The notes below the pieces were generated by a model. The model was not told where the DNA came from, ran no database searches, and saw only the letters and a list, made by a program, of their open reading frames with translations. From Eledone cirrhosa (lineage: Eukaryota), in contig OZ024741.1 in the NCBI GenBank assembly GCA_964016885.1, positions 153,326,001-153,390,000 on the forward strand: DNA of 64,000 nucleotides, given 5' to 3'. Positions 63,991 through 64,000 of the stretch are shown here, one piece after another. Numbering within the stretch: the stretch's first letter is position 1; each line of letters begins with the position of its first letter. The translations under genes were made by a program, and so were the position numbers.

Positions 63991-64000
63991 AAAAATACTC

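Overview
AT-rich eukaryotic (animal) genomic DNA made almost entirely of transposons, satellites and (TA)n/(CA)n/(CAT)n microsatellites. The repeat landscape resembles that of octopus or other coleoid cephalopods, but that assignment is inference. No host gene could be identified with confidence. Main contents: (1) A young, GC-rich, compact 4.2-kb LTR retrotransposon (23957-28180, 5-bp TSD) with a clear -1 frameshift signal. Its primer-binding site is not the usual TGG type but is a 12/12 complement of the 5' end of tRNA-Phe, implying priming by a short 5' tRNA fragment. (2) Two Penelope-like elements (PLEs), plus about a dozen short fold-back elements in (TA)n tracts that carry complete, variant or truncated type I hammerhead ribozyme motifs from several unrelated families. 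(3) An intact DD37D (maT) Tc1/mariner transposon. (4) Many RTE LINE copies, some with a PHD finger inside the RT region, plus SINEs, two non-autonomous Helitrons, MITEs and four tandem arrays. All structure and similarity calls were made by eye.
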